Shown: positions 44,031 to 55,801, counted from the stretch's first letter. The stretch is DNA of 64,000 nt from a virus (IMGVR_UViG_3300031949_000001:155305-219304); one strand, 5' to 3'. The notes: generated by a model from the letters alone, not told the origin. Translations and numbers: made by a program.

Positions 44031-46991
44031 TCAGAAGGATGACCCATATAAGCTGAGAAGGGTTGCCGTATCCTCATCAAAACCACCAACGTCCCAATAT
44101 GGATAATCCCATGAACCAACAACAGTACCAGCGTCTACACCGAATGTGACCGCAATTGAAAGGGTTTCTCCGATGGTCGCGTTAGCATATGTGTTAAGGA
44201 AGCTTCCTGGATCAGCCATATTAATTTTACCGGATGTATAGCTAATCCAAACACCTTCTTTTTCGATGAATTGATATTCTAAATTTCCAGTTGTTGTAGC
44301 TATGATAAAAATATTTGCTGCTAGGTTTGCAGAAGATGTTGCTAATTTAAATGTCGTTGCAGAATCAACGTGAACATAGTAGGATGTATCAGCAACCAAC
44401 GGCACTGGCAATGGTAAAGCACCAGAAACCGTAACTACATCTCCTTCAGAAAAACCGTGCGGAGTAATCGAGCCGCCTTCTGGAACGTATGAGGTAAATG
44501 TATCTGTCGGTGGGGCAAAAGTAAGCGCATATTGATATAATGTCAAGGCTGCTTGTGTATCCCATCCACAATCATCCCATCCGGTTCTAGCGAAAGATGG
44601 ATCAGCAGTGATTGGTTGAAACAGAATCGTTCCGTCAAAAATCGCCGAAGGAATGTTCTCATTCACCGTAACAGTCGAAAGGTCAGTTCCGATGTTGTAA
44701 GACACACTTACAACGTTATAACTATCATCATTCCCAGTCGAATTAATGACGTAAATTAAAGACGTGTAAATTGTTCCGATACCAGAATCAGTCACCGGAA
44801 TGCTTGAAACATTGATAGTTGTATTGAATCCGTCGAATGTTGAGGATAATGTCACATAACTTCCATTATTGGAAACAATTGTTGATATGTTACCATCGGG
44901 TGTAGCTCCCAATGGAACCGACCCAGCAACGACAATAAATGTATCCCCGGCAGAAAAACTAGAAGAGTTAACAGTGTAAGAACCATTTCCAGTTCCAGAG
45001 TTTCCTGATACCGTGAATATTTTTCCTGGTGTAAAAATATACGTTTGATCACCAGCAACTCTCCAAATACCACTCGTTCCAACTGTTACGAAGGTTATAG
45101 GAAATGGTAAATTGATTGTGCTATCTGCGAGGCTAAAGACCCTTCCGGTTGAGAAGATGTTTGTATGATCATCAGTGATGATAAAAGTGCTTAATGTATG
45201 ACTTGCTGAAACCAGTGCAAATGAACCTCCCAAGACCGTTGATATATCTCCTTGAACAAAGAACTGCTTTGATCCTTGGCTACCACCAATAATGTGGCGG
45301 AATTCCGAGCCATCACCTGCCCCCCAGCCGATGCTGGCGGTTAGATCACATATTTCAATATCCAAACTGTCATGGAATATAAGTTCGGTACTAGCAATGA
45401 ACTCCAACGTCTCCCCAATAAACGAAGATGTTGTTGTCAATGATGCTTGTTTACATAGTTCTGGTAAATCCCAATTGGATCTAGCGTAAACAAGAACTTG
45501 TCCATCAGTAACTTGGGTCGTTATGTTGCCGCTCGCGCCTTGGTTAGCTGGAACGGCACCATCAACTTCGATGGTTGTATTGAATCCATCGAACGTTGTG
45601 AATAGAACTATATACGAACCATCATTTGATGCGGTTCCAGAAACAACAAATTCGTCTTCAGGAGCAAAAAAAGGAGTTTGGTTGCCAGCTATAACAAAAT
45701 TGTCTAGGACGCTGCTACCAGAAATAATTGGAAAGGTCAACACTGGCACTGAAAAGATTTCGTTGAACTCAACCGTAATTCTGGTTAGATCGTTGATAGG
45801 GTCATAAACTGGTGCAGGCGATACAACAAGCCACTTTCCTTGATTTGGATTAAGGTTTATTAGGTCAACAGCATTCAAGAATGTACCCATACCAAAATCT
45901 GCTACATGATTACCAGCGACGAAAAACAGACTTGCTGTGGTGTTGATGGATAAAACCGGTAAAATCAAAAATGGATTCAATACTGGGCTGATCGTTAAGT
46001 TGACAAACGAAAGGTCCATAACGTGAGTTATACTGCTGATTCTAAAGTTGCCTCCTGGGAGTGGAGTGATGGCTGATATTAGCCATTCTGAGTTGTTGTA
46101 AGATTGAGTTGAATTTTGAATCTCAAACGCATCTCCAACGCTGTAATGTTGATCGAAATCAAAGCCGGCGATATCAAATTGGAACGGCGAGTTAAACGAA
46201 TTGATGTTGAAAACTGGCAGGAATGCATGAAATGCTGAAACGAAAACTACGCGAATTTCGGTTAGATTCGAAGTAGGATCGAAACCAGGAGGATTGTTTA
46301 TTCCAGTTTCATGCGTCGCGCTGGTGACTCTCCATATACCATCGTTGGCATGGGAGTTCTGAATTGTAAGATTACTACCCGGTGTGATCTGTGCAGAGAA
46401 ATCACCTTCAACAAAAAACGAGCCGACATTAACACTCAACGTACCTGCCGGGGTAGCACCTGTTGGTATTGGTTCATTGACAAAAATTGCTGTATTAGGA
46501 CCGGCTGGCACAACCGCTAGAATAGTATATCCGCCATTACCACCGCCACTGTTTTCATCAATATGAATCGGCTGTCCTACTATAAATTCAGATACATGAT
46601 TTCCGCTAATTGTCCATATACCCGTAAGTGGATTGACTCCTATAATGGTGTAGTACGCAAAGACGAACGGATCGATGTAGACAATCGGTAGTTGATGTCC
46701 TATGAGTGGATATGTGATGTATCCATTAATCGTCAAGTCTGGAATGTATGCGATGCTCATATCCGGACCACCGAAAGGTGCTACTCCAAAACCTTCATCA
46801 CAAGCGTAATCGGCATCGAAATCTTCGGTAATAACAATATCCATCACATGGCTATCTTGAATAGTAACCCTAACGTCATCATTAACCGCATAGTCAACAA
46901 GAATCTCAGCAATCTTGCTGTGATATGGCTTAATGTCAAGGATGTAATCAATCAATCCTTGAATCGGGTCTCTTCTAATAAAATTAGTCAT
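44031..46991 (-). CDS. Large virion structural protein with repeated beta modules
   Basis: 986 aa; about 8 copies of F-x-x-G-x-x-F-x-[VI]-x-G-[SN]-x-x-N-D-G-x-Y-x-V; N-terminus YILDIKPYHSKI. Confidence 0.7.
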   Translation of the reverse strand: MTNFIRRDPIQGLIDYILDIKPYHSKIAEILVDYAVNDDVRVTIQDSHVMDIVITEDFDADYACDEGFGVAPFGGPDMSIAYIPDLTINGYITYPLIGHQLPIVYIDPFVFAYYTIIGVNPLTGIWTISGNHVSEFIVGQPIHIDENSGGGNGGYTILAVVPAGPNTAIFVNEPIPTGATPAGTLSVNVGSFFVEGDFSAQITPGSNLTIQNSHANDGIWRVTSATHETGINNPPGFDPTSNLTEIRVVFVSAFHAFLPVFNINSFNSPFQFDIAGFDFDQHYSVGDAFEIQNSTQSYNNSEWLISAITPLPGGNFRISSITHVMDLSFVNLTISPVLNPFLILPVLSINTTASLFFVAGNHVADFGMGTFLNAVDLINLNPNQGKWLVVSPAPVYDPINDLTRITVEFNEIFSVPVLTFPIISGSSVLDNFVIAGNQTPFFAPEDEFVVSGTASNDGSYIVLFTTFDGFNTTIEVDGAVPANQGASGNITTQVTDGQVLVYARSNWDLPELCKQASLTTTSSFIGETLEFIASTELIFHDSLDIEICDLTASIGWGAGDGSEFRHIIGGSQGSKQFFVQGDISTVLGGSFALVSASHTLSTFIITDDHTNIFSTGRVFSLADSTINLPFPITFVTVGTSGIWRVAGDQTYIFTPGKIFTVSGNSGTGNGSYTVNSSSFSAGDTFIVVAGSVPLGATPDGNISTIVSNNGSYVTLSSTFDGFNTTINVSSIPVTDSGIGTIYTSLIYVINSTGNDDSYNVVSVSYNIGTDLSTVTVNENIPSAIFDGTILFQPITADPSFARTGWDDCGWDTQAALTLYQYALTFAPPTDTFTSYVPEGGSITPHGFSEGDVVTVSGALPLPVPLVADTSYYVHVDSATTFKLATSSANLAANIFIIATTTGNLEYQFIEKEGVWISYTSGKINMADPGSFLNTYANATIGETLSIAVTFGVDAGTVVGSWDYPYWDVGGFDEDTATLLSLYGSSF

Positions 46992-49900
46992 CTATTGCCT
47001 CTTTAGACGTTTCGAGTAGTCTGATACCATGTAGAGCAAGATACGAGGTTTTGAACAAACCAGCAAATTGAGACTGTAACGTTAATGCGTCCATCAATAC
47101 CGAGAACCAGATTCTGTTAACTACCAACGGTGGAAATGTATTGTAAATGGCGTTCATCGTGGTAATCGTATCAGTCGGGGTATCGAACGAATACGTATCA
47201 AAGAAAAGGTCTCGGTCAATTGGGCTAAGGTCAAATCTCGTGTCATTAATTTCATTTATTATAGTATTTACAGCTAATGTCGGATCGACAAAAGACTGTT
47301 CATCACCAAGACCCCATTGCGTCGAAGTACCATATTGCTGATCATAGAAGACTCGGTTTAAAGATGGTACTGGCGTTGTAGGATCATCTAGCTTGAATCC
47401 CACAAGAGATTCGGTAATAGCGTTCCATAATATGAGCGGAATGATTTCGCTTTGATTCTGACGGATTAATTCCCATTCTTCGTGCTTGTTTTTCAAGCTA
47501 ATAGTTCCTTCAAGTGAGTCACGCAAAGTAAGGTCTTTAGTAAATCGCAAACTGTAACGATCATTAGCTTGAATAATGTTGTTTCCAATGCCTTTGATGA
47601 TGATTTGGGAATAGTATCCTGGGGTGACATTAAGAAAACCAGATTCAGTATTCAAAACATTTTCAAGATATTCTGGACCTGGAAGTGGTTGGAAATCTTG
47701 GAAGAAAACATATGGCGAAGGTAAAATAGCCAACTGGCTGGATGCGTCGGAAACACTGAGGTCATGATCAGTAGAAGGAAATAGTTTTCCTTTAACCCAA
47801 AAATAGTACTTCGTAGAGACAATGTTACCAAAGTTGTCAACAAGATTTATAGCTGTGTATGGGTAATCTGTTTGAAATTGGACCGTGGTTGATGTATTAG
47901 TTGCAAGAGCGAATTGATCATCTGCTGAAACTGTTGGTAGTGGTTTAATTATACGAACAGTATCTGGCTGATTTAATGTGGTTGTTACGGTTACTGTCTT
48001 GAAAATATTATTTGGTACAGTCGTTCTATCTACAAGGTCTTGAACGATTGCTTCCTCAGAGAAGAACCCATTGATGTATATGTTAACCGAGTCTCCAGCG
48101 GTCGTATCAAAGTCTGTGATCATTAATGTTTGTGTTGCTCCAATAAGAGCCATATCATATTCTTGATAGAAATCGTTATCAAGTTCTACCCAAGGCGTAA
48201 ACGAATTGGTTATAGGATTAAGGGATCGAGTATACAAACGTTGTAATGGAGTACCGGTATGTTTCTGATCATTTGGAATTGTTAAATCATTTGCATCTTG
48301 TTGAACAAGTGCATTCCATTGTGATGGTAGAACATTAGATTCAACCCATTCGTAAATGTTGACAACTGCGAAGTCGGCTAGATGACCCCAAAAGAAAATT
48401 CTGGTGTTTTCGTCTAGCACCTTATCATCGTAATAGGTTTTGTAAACCAACGTTGATAGGTCTAGCCATGTAGTTCCGACTTGTAATTCATTCCATGGAT
48501 TAAGAGGTTGGAAAGATGTATTGTCAATATCGAGATTGTTTGTGTATTTTGCAGGATCACTTAATTCCTGAAGATCGATAGATTGCAACGACTCGGCATT
48601 TTGGAAACCTAGAGCCGGATTCCAATACTGCATATAGTCTAGAATAACGCCTGCGCGATTATCAAGTAACAATACTGGGCTACATGACTTCTTATTGAGT
48701 CTGAGTAAGTAAACAGTGTAGTCCACCAAACTGCTTAATTCAATTGATGTAAGCAGCATTTCGATAACTTTTTGATTGATTCGCTGATAATGAACACCAT
48801 CAATAAACACACCGACGCGTTTTTGAACTTTGATGTCGTCTGTGATTATTGGTGCTATCGCCAAAGTTATTGAAGATGGTGACGTTTCGGTGTAATCCAC
48901 ATCCTTAATGAGTAGGATATCATTCTTAAATACGTCCAAATTTTCCGCGTCTAGGATGTAGGTGAATCCAACGAAGGTAATCAATGTTGAGACAGTACTG
49001 AAAGATGCAGACTGCGTACCATTGTTGAATGTAATACGGACTTCGTCAGCAGGACTGTTAATCCTGATAAATGTAGAACCATCCACAACAGTGAATGGTG
49101 GATGCGGCATTCTTGCAAAAACTTCAGCATCGAAATAGAAATTACCATTTGCGCTATAGGCAAGAATAGCTTCAGATGCATTTGGTTGATTAACCCAGCG
49201 TGATTGATCACTGACTAGAATTTCTTGGAATGAATCTACTAATGGATCATCCGCACTTGTAAATTGCAAGCGAATTTCGTTCTTAACAACATCAGAAGTG
49301 AAAAGCTTCAATTCTGGTTGAATCTTCTCACGAGAATCACCATATTCTGAAACCTTGTATGCCCAAAATTCATCGACATCAGCACCGAGGAATAGTCTTG
49401 CGTTGATGAATGCGTTCACAGCCGCAACGGTACCTTTGTAATGGATTAATCCTTTCCAGAACAAGAATTTTGATTTTTCAGTAATACCTTCAATTTCTTG
49501 TAGATATGCCGGTTCTTGATAGCCAACGGCTGCTCGGGCATACGGAATGAATGGTGCCTCTTCATTGACAGTAAATGTATCATACAACAACGGAAGAGTT
49601 CCGATTGTTGCTTCGATATTCGGAATGAGATTGTTTCCTTGTAAGAATGCGCCTCCTGCATTTGGACGAAAAGTAATAGAGGAATTACGCTGGAACATAA
49701 CAGTAAATTTAGCGGTACTAAGACCAAGGAACGGATCATAAATCAAGTCATCGTTGACTGTGTAATTACTAAAAATGATGATGTTTTCATAGGTATCAAT
49801 AAACAACTTCAATCCACCAATATGTAGGTTATTAGCTGGAACACCAGCGGTCTGTTTGTTGTTGATGTTATAATTGCTTCCAACAGGAATTGGCAGGAAA

Positions 49901-52900
49901 ATTCTAGTCAACTTATCTTCACGCAACGCAACAATGTTACGTGGAGCTATCGGATTACCAAATTGATCGTATACGCATGGAGAAGTTCTGATATCGCTGA
50001 ATGGACCAGTATTTATATTTGAAACTATGCCCTTTTCTGGTGCGAACCAGATGGCGTTCTTGAATGGACTTACCTCGACAAAGCTTATCGTATTTGTTCC
50101 CATTTCTGCTTCAAGAATAGCCGTTGTTATTCCACCCAAACCATTATAGATGGTGTTAATTAGTTGCTCGATTTCAAATTGCCAGCTTACCATGCGCTCT
50201 GTAATTTGATCGGTTTCCGTAACAGAAGAATCGTTAAAAACGAATCCTTGATTCTGGTTGACCGCTACATAGCCGTAAATAAAGTCGATCAAATTTTGTA
50301 TTCCAACAATATTAAATGGTGGGAGATATACATTGACCGTGCGAGTATCCAACGCATATTGTTTCCATAGATGGGTTGTTGTCCTCCCTTCGAAAGCCAA
50401 AAATGATCTTGATATTTCAGTTACCGAAATGATACCGTTTCCTGGAGTCGTCGGGGTTACACCCAAGCCTACTTGAGCATCCGTGTAGGTAAATGCAAGT
50501 TTGTATTCAGTATCGTTTAGTGGTATCAAATAGTATGGTGTATCAGGCAAGAATGGTGCTGGTAATGAATTTGTAGATTCGATGAAGACTTGAGTGCCAA
50601 GCACCCACGTTAAATTTGGATTTGGTGTACTTGGTGTTGCTAGAGGCAAGGTTCCGCTAGTTACTGTAAAAATGCTATCTGTAAGGATACCACCACTTGT
50701 TTGAGTTGCTGGAACTGAAATAACAACAATAGTCGTGTTTCCGGCTCCAAAGGAGGAAGAAATCGTGGCATAGATGCTGTCGTTCGAGTTCGTTCCTAGA
50801 ACAGTAAAAACCTTTCCTGGTACGAATACCGCTGTTTCATTACCTGTGATAACAAAGGTGTTAGAGACCGAGCTTGCCGATACAATCGAGAATAAATTGT
50901 TGATCACCGATGGATACTTTTTAACCCCATAGGATTCTAAAACTCTGGAAACGGGTGAAGGAATCGAGAGGTTAAATGTCCAATCAGCACCATCCGTCAA
51001 AGGAATCTTGGAGTTACTGTAGATTGTGAATGCACCAACAGCATCAACAGTGACTTTGAGTTCATCGACGGTGAAACTCTCTACACCATATGACTTTTTC
51101 AAGGTGACGAAATAATCATTCTTACTCATGTCAAAGAACTTGTTCGTGATGTTCAAGGTCTTTGCACCAATCATGGAACTAGTTAGATAACTCAATACTG
51201 GTGACCAGCCAATCCACTTTGGCTTAAAATCTGATAAGTTGATGTCGTAAGCTCCAAATCGAACGAAGTTTATATACCATTGGTTAAGACCGTTTAATTG
51301 ATAGGTAACGTTAGTGTCAACTAAATCGCCATGGAAGATTGTGTCTCGATGGGAATAGATCTTCGACGTTCTAGTGTTTACCTGGAGACCAGCTACCAAT
51401 GTGTACGTTTCTCCCCATGCATAGTGTAAGAATCGAACTGGCTGCATACGATACGAAACTTTTAAAATGTCGTATCTAAATTCTGGTGATTCTCTCCATT
51501 GCTGTTCGGCTGGTCCATCATCACCGAATGGATAAGAATCAGAGATGTTACCAAGAGGAATGAATGAGATATTTCGAAGCAGCGCTTGTGCAACTAATAT
51601 TGGGTTGTTCGAATAATATGGAGGAATCAAATCATCTGACGCGTATCCATCAATTGTACCACCTGTGATGTTAACGCTAACGAATGCATATATCGTTGTT
51701 TCGCCTGCTACACCTGTACTTAAAGTTACACCATCAGGCAACAATTCACCGGCTGGCACGATACCAGCCATGATGTTTGACCACATTGCCGAAGTCCAAC
51801 GACGCAAACCTGTTATATCTGCGTATAGTCCATTCCACCAATCTGGAAGGGCGGCGTATCCTTGAAGAATCCATGGCTCAAGATGTGGATATGAAGTGCC
51901 ATAAATTAGACGGTAGATATCGATGTATCGTGCAGCCCACGGGAATGTTGCTGCCGATAATGCTGTTGGGTATACAACTACACCAGTTGCAACAGATTTG
52001 TAGTTCCAGGTGAACGCATCCATCATATCGAAGTCGGTATCAAATGGATTGAGATTGTACTTCTGCAAGTAGTTGTAATATTCTTCCTTCATGTATTCTT
52101 GGAAGGTAGCGATCTCAACAGGATTGAAAAGAAGCTGTGTTTGATAGTCAAACGCCAATGGTGTTGTGATTGGTGGTGAAACAGCGTACAATTCATTTTC
52201 GATGCCTATAATGATACTTGTTGTGATATCTTCCAGAATAACTTCTTGGAATGCTACATCGATTTGACCGACTGGACCAAGAGGGTACACCTTCGTCCAA
52301 CCGACGATTGGACCGAGTAGATTAGCTAGATCTCTGAAGTATAGATAATTGTCACTAGTATTGAACCAATATGCGCCAGCGGGTGATGTAATTGGTGGAA
52401 TGGTTGGTGCCACCGAAATAGCTATGAATCTATACAATCGCTTAGTCGTGGTGTTTAACCAATACAATCCGGAAAAAACCTGAGTGTATATTGGTTGTAT
52501 TGCGCTGCGAATACCACTAGTTAAACCCACTACTCTTTCGAAAATGTTCTGCGTCAAACCGATAGGAATTGAATATGTTGCTAAATGCCCATCATGGTGA
52601 ATGAGTTTGTCTAAGTTTAGATTCGGATCGACAAGTCTATAAGGGAAAACCTTGTGTGCTAAATTAAACACCGGAATCGTAGCAATCCAGTTTTGCACTC
52701 CAAAACCAGTCGTAGGATTGTATGCGGTTGTGTCTCCGTATATGATGTTCAATTCTTCATTATCTTCGTATCGGTCGATAACATCACTTACTATAGAGCC
52801 AGTCAAATCGGTAAGGAAAGGAACAGTCGTATTGGTCAAGTACGGAATAACATTGTTATAAAATGTTTCTAGTAAAATCTGTATTGAGTTGACGTACTGC

Positions 52901-55767
52901 GCCGCTGCAAAATCAATGACGCCTTGTGGGTTAGTGACATTATCATTGATTGCGGATAAGAATGTATCGTAGCTGTCGTTATAATCATGAATGGTACCAC
53001 CCAAACCGTAGTTATATTCTGTCAACAAACGGGTCGGAGATGACGTGACGAATTCAAAGCCAGGAAGAGGCGGTTGATCTGCGATGATCGTTGTATAATG
53101 TGTGACAAGATCAGAGTAATTAATCTGTTGACGATTTTCGTGTTCCGAGTTGAAGAATAGCTGATTAGGTAAATCCCATGTTCCGTTGTTTGTGTTGACA
53201 ATGGCTGTATCGGTGAGACCATCAAAATCAATGAATGTGTCTCCATTTTCTAATCGATATTGGTTAACGAATCCTGGTACATATTCTTCGTTGTTTAGAC
53301 CTCTTCTCCAAATCGTTTGGATGCCAGTTGGATCATCTCCAGTAATAGAATCCAAATCTAGATAAGCATACATTCCTCCAGTTGGTGACAACAAAAGCTG
53401 TTCGAAAATGTAATCTCTTCCATTGTTCAAAACAGCAGCACGAAAGCCAAGAAATGGATCGACTGGATAAATCGGATCAACGAAATATTGGAAAATGGAA
53501 TTTGCTATATTCGCCGATGTTCCATCAATGTTGAACAAATCAAATAATGGATATTGATTTGCGTTTGTTTTAACTTGCTCGACACGCCGAAAACGGATTA
53601 GATTCTTGATGGCTGTTGTCATCGTCGTACTGGTTGAAGTACGGACTTCTATTCCATCATGATTTGGACCATCATAACCAATGTCTACCACAGCAGCAGG
53701 ACTAATTTGAATTATGACTGTAGAGAGTGCTGGTGGTAGACTTGAAGGAAGAAAGCGAATAGCATTAGCATACAGAGTTAAGCCCGTTGTTACGGTGAAT
53801 GTCGTTCCATTCCAGACGCCTTCCTCGTAGGTTCCATAGCTTCTGATACCATCCACATACACGCGGATAGTGTTTGTATGAGTCAAGAAATGCGCTGCCT
53901 CTACTGGTGTAATTGGTGTATCTGGAGAACGAACGTTGAGTGGGAGCGCCAATTGCGTAGGAAGAATGAATGTATTAGTACCTGATGCAATAGAGGAGTA
54001 CGTTCCGTTATCCGGCAACGTGTTTAAACCTTGTAGGTTGATTGGAACCGGTGCGTTGATGCTTGTTAATGCCCATTGATTCAAAAATCCGATATATGCA
54101 TCTCCTTTACTTGAAGTCGTAAATGGGGCTAGTTCATCCGTATGATCGAACGTTCCCAACACCGAAGGTGCTGGAAATGCTTGGAAAGATGGATTAGAAG
54201 ATGTGTTTAATGTGACTTCTGTTCGAAGAAAAATATTGTTGTAGAATGTTGCTGTTATCGGGTATGTTCCATCATTTGATGGACCAGAAGATCCTTCAAT
54301 TTTAACCAAGTCAGCAAGGGTCAATTCAGCAGTCCTGTCTCCAGTAATGTATACTTGGTTTAAGTTTAGAGCGATTGGATTGTATCCAATAATTGGCGTC
54401 AAAACTCCACTGACCGTCAAAGGTAATTCCAGGATCGTTATGAATGTATTTCCAACGGCAAAAAATGATGAAACTGTCGTCCAATAAGAGACTACACCAA
54501 ACTCATTTTCGGTGGTAAACTCAAAACCAGGAATGAACAACGCTGTATGGTCATTAGCAATTGTAATCTGATTCGTAAAAGTATTGACTCCGATAACTTG
54601 ATAACGCAAAGTCATTTCATCCAAGGTTGGTTCAGTCGTTGATACCGACCACGGAGTTGAAAAATTGGCTCTGTATTGCCAGTTAGGCTTGGTATATGTC
54701 CACTCATTTAGTTCAATGTATGGATTGTATTCCAAGATTGGACGGCGAGCTTGAACAGCCGCGTTGATATTTGGAATATCAACACGATTATACCAGTTAT
54801 TTGATTGAGACCAAGGATCTGTTTGTGGGACACAAGCAGCAGAGTAATCCCAATTGTATAAACCCACACCTGGATTTTGTGTCGAAACGATCCACGCTAC
54901 ACCATCCCAAAACTTAAGAATAGCAATAGATAGATCCCACCAGAAATATGTGTCTTCAGAGAAACCTGCTCGTGGTCCTGGGGGTGGATTTGCTGTTGTC
55001 CAACTTCCAGGAGGAATAGCCGCACCATTAGTAGTAGCTCCAAAGTTACCAACTTGCATCCACCAATTCACTGGGTTGTCATCCCAATTTGTAATGTCCC
55101 AACCAATACCGTTTGCGTTACAAGCACAATCCATAAGGGCTTCAACCTCATCTAACTGTAGTTGCAAAGCATCTAAAACGGGTTGAGACGCCGGGATAGC
55201 CGCTTGCTCGGTGAGGTATGCGCTCAATTCATTGAATCGAGCTTGATAGACACGACAAAGATTCTTGATGGTAATGTAGTTCGGGGTCGTTAGACCGGTT
55301 GGATCATACCAATAATAATCGGTATAGTTCAAAAATTTGTCTGGATCGATAGGTGGCGCCCAATTGAATTGGAGAGCATTACCCCAAATCTGATCTCGAT
55401 TGATATCGACGTTGGTATTCGTTAGTTCATTTTCGACGTTTTCCCAAGAAATGATGCTTTCGACTGTTGCTAGCTTGATATATAGCACCGGCTGAAGCTG
55501 CCAAGCTTGTCTTAGGATGGTTGGCTCGGGAATACGAGTATCGTGGTAAATTGGTGTACCATTTACATAGTCTCCAGGAGGATCGAACGCCAAATACGAA
55601 GTATTTCGTTGTCCAATAGAACCAAAAGTGAATGTAGATTCATCTTTTGAGAGGAAACGATTGAATACGTTCGCGCTGATATACTTGTTTACATCGCCTT
55701 TGAACTTTAACGGAAGATAGTCGAAAAGATTGGTGAACGGCAATGAGTAGTCTGAGTTATTGCTCAT
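46984..55767 (-). CDS. Giant (2927 aa) baseplate-region structural protein
   Basis: Single uninterrupted 8.8-kb ORF between gp6 and the 986-aa gene; own late promoter at 55794; T/N/P/F-rich composition. Confidence 0.75.
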   Translation of the reverse strand: MSNNSDYSLPFTNLFDYLPLKFKGDVNKYISANVFNRFLSKDESTFTFGSIGQRNTSYLAFDPPGDYVNGTPIYHDTRIPEPTILRQAWQLQPVLYIKLATVESIISWENVENELTNTNVDINRDQIWGNALQFNWAPPIDPDKFLNYTDYYWYDPTGLTTPNYITIKNLCRVYQARFNELSAYLTEQAAIPASQPVLDALQLQLDEVEALMDCACNANGIGWDITNWDDNPVNWWMQVGNFGATTNGAAIPPGSWTTANPPPGPRAGFSEDTYFWWDLSIAILKFWDGVAWIVSTQNPGVGLYNWDYSAACVPQTDPWSQSNNWYNRVDIPNINAAVQARRPILEYNPYIELNEWTYTKPNWQYRANFSTPWSVSTTEPTLDEMTLRYQVIGVNTFTNQITIANDHTALFIPGFEFTTENEFGVVSYWTTVSSFFAVGNTFITILELPLTVSGVLTPIIGYNPIALNLNQVYITGDRTAELTLADLVKIEGSSGPSNDGTYPITATFYNNIFLRTEVTLNTSSNPSFQAFPAPSVLGTFDHTDELAPFTTSSKGDAYIGFLNQWALTSINAPVPINLQGLNTLPDNGTYSSIASGTNTFILPTQLALPLNVRSPDTPITPVEAAHFLTHTNTIRVYVDGIRSYGTYEEGVWNGTTFTVTTGLTLYANAIRFLPSSLPPALSTVIIQISPAAVVDIGYDGPNHDGIEVRTSTSTTMTTAIKNLIRFRRVEQVKTNANQYPLFDLFNIDGTSANIANSIFQYFVDPIYPVDPFLGFRAAVLNNGRDYIFEQLLLSPTGGMYAYLDLDSITGDDPTGIQTIWRRGLNNEEYVPGFVNQYRLENGDTFIDFDGLTDTAIVNTNNGTWDLPNQLFFNSEHENRQQINYSDLVTHYTTIIADQPPLPGFEFVTSSPTRLLTEYNYGLGGTIHDYNDSYDTFLSAINDNVTNPQGVIDFAAAQYVNSIQILLETFYNNVIPYLTNTTVPFLTDLTGSIVSDVIDRYEDNEELNIIYGDTTAYNPTTGFGVQNWIATIPVFNLAHKVFPYRLVDPNLNLDKLIHHDGHLATYSIPIGLTQNIFERVVGLTSGIRSAIQPIYTQVFSGLYWLNTTTKRLYRFIAISVAPTIPPITSPAGAYWFNTSDNYLYFRDLANLLGPIVGWTKVYPLGPVGQIDVAFQEVILEDITTSIIIGIENELYAVSPPITTPLAFDYQTQLLFNPVEIATFQEYMKEEYYNYLQKYNLNPFDTDFDMMDAFTWNYKSVATGVVVYPTALSAATFPWAARYIDIYRLIYGTSYPHLEPWILQGYAALPDWWNGLYADITGLRRWTSAMWSNIMAGIVPAGELLPDGVTLSTGVAGETTIYAFVSVNITGGTIDGYASDDLIPPYYSNNPILVAQALLRNISFIPLGNISDSYPFGDDGPAEQQWRESPEFRYDILKVSYRMQPVRFLHYAWGETYTLVAGLQVNTRTSKIYSHRDTIFHGDLVDTNVTYQLNGLNQWYINFVRFGAYDINLSDFKPKWIGWSPVLSYLTSSMIGAKTLNITNKFFDMSKNDYFVTLKKSYGVESFTVDELKVTVDAVGAFTIYSNSKIPLTDGADWTFNLSIPSPVSRVLESYGVKKYPSVINNLFSIVSASSVSNTFVITGNETAVFVPGKVFTVLGTNSNDSIYATISSSFGAGNTTIVVISVPATQTSGGILTDSIFTVTSGTLPLATPSTPNPNLTWVLGTQVFIESTNSLPAPFLPDTPYYLIPLNDTEYKLAFTYTDAQVGLGVTPTTPGNGIISVTEISRSFLAFEGRTTTHLWKQYALDTRTVNVYLPPFNIVGIQNLIDFIYGYVAVNQNQGFVFNDSSVTETDQITERMVSWQFEIEQLINTIYNGLGGITTAILEAEMGTNTISFVEVSPFKNAIWFAPEKGIVSNINTGPFSDIRTSPCVYDQFGNPIAPRNIVALREDKLTRIFLPIPVGSNYNINNKQTAGVPANNLHIGGLKLFIDTYENIIIFSNYTVNDDLIYDPFLGLSTAKFTVMFQRNSSITFRPNAGGAFLQGNNLIPNIEATIGTLPLLYDTFTVNEEAPFIPYARAAVGYQEPAYLQEIEGITEKSKFLFWKGLIHYKGTVAAVNAFINARLFLGADVDEFWAYKVSEYGDSREKIQPELKLFTSDVVKNEIRLQFTSADDPLVDSFQEILVSDQSRWVNQPNASEAILAYSANGNFYFDAEVFARMPHPPFTVVDGSTFIRINSPADEVRITFNNGTQSASFSTVSTLITFVGFTYILDAENLDVFKNDILLIKDVDYTETSPSSITLAIAPIITDDIKVQKRVGVFIDGVHYQRINQKVIEMLLTSIELSSLVDYTVYLLRLNKKSCSPVLLLDNRAGVILDYMQYWNPALGFQNAESLQSIDLQELSDPAKYTNNLDIDNTSFQPLNPWNELQVGTTWLDLSTLVYKTYYDDKVLDENTRIFFWGHLADFAVVNIYEWVESNVLPSQWNALVQQDANDLTIPNDQKHTGTPLQRLYTRSLNPITNSFTPWVELDNDFYQEYDMALIGATQTLMITDFDTTAGDSVNIYINGFFSEEAIVQDLVDRTTVPNNIFKTVTVTTTLNQPDTVRIIKPLPTVSADDQFALATNTSTTVQFQTDYPYTAINLVDNFGNIVSTKYYFWVKGKLFPSTDHDLSVSDASSQLAILPSPYVFFQDFQPLPGPEYLENVLNTESGFLNVTPGYYSQIIIKGIGNNIIQANDRYSLRFTKDLTLRDSLEGTISLKNKHEEWELIRQNQSEIIPLILWNAITESLVGFKLDDPTTPVPSLNRVFYDQQYGTSTQWGLGDEQSFVDPTLAVNTIINEINDTRFDLSPIDRDLFFDTYSFDTPTDTITTMNAIYNTFPPLVVNRIWFSVLMDALTLQSQFAGLFKTSYLALHGIRLLETSKEAIDD

Positions 55768-55793
55768 TATTCTAAAAAGCTCCTGTGATATGA

Positions 55794-55801
55794 TATTTAT
55801 C
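55794..55801 (-). promoter_or_regulatory. T4-type late promoter (2927-aa protein)
   Basis: GATAAATA upstream of 55767. Confidence 0.7.

Noticed and set aside
44815-45602. Diversity-generating retroelement template/variable repeat pair
   Set aside because: Differences between the similar segments are not adenine-specific and look mostly synonymous; no reverse transcriptase in the window.
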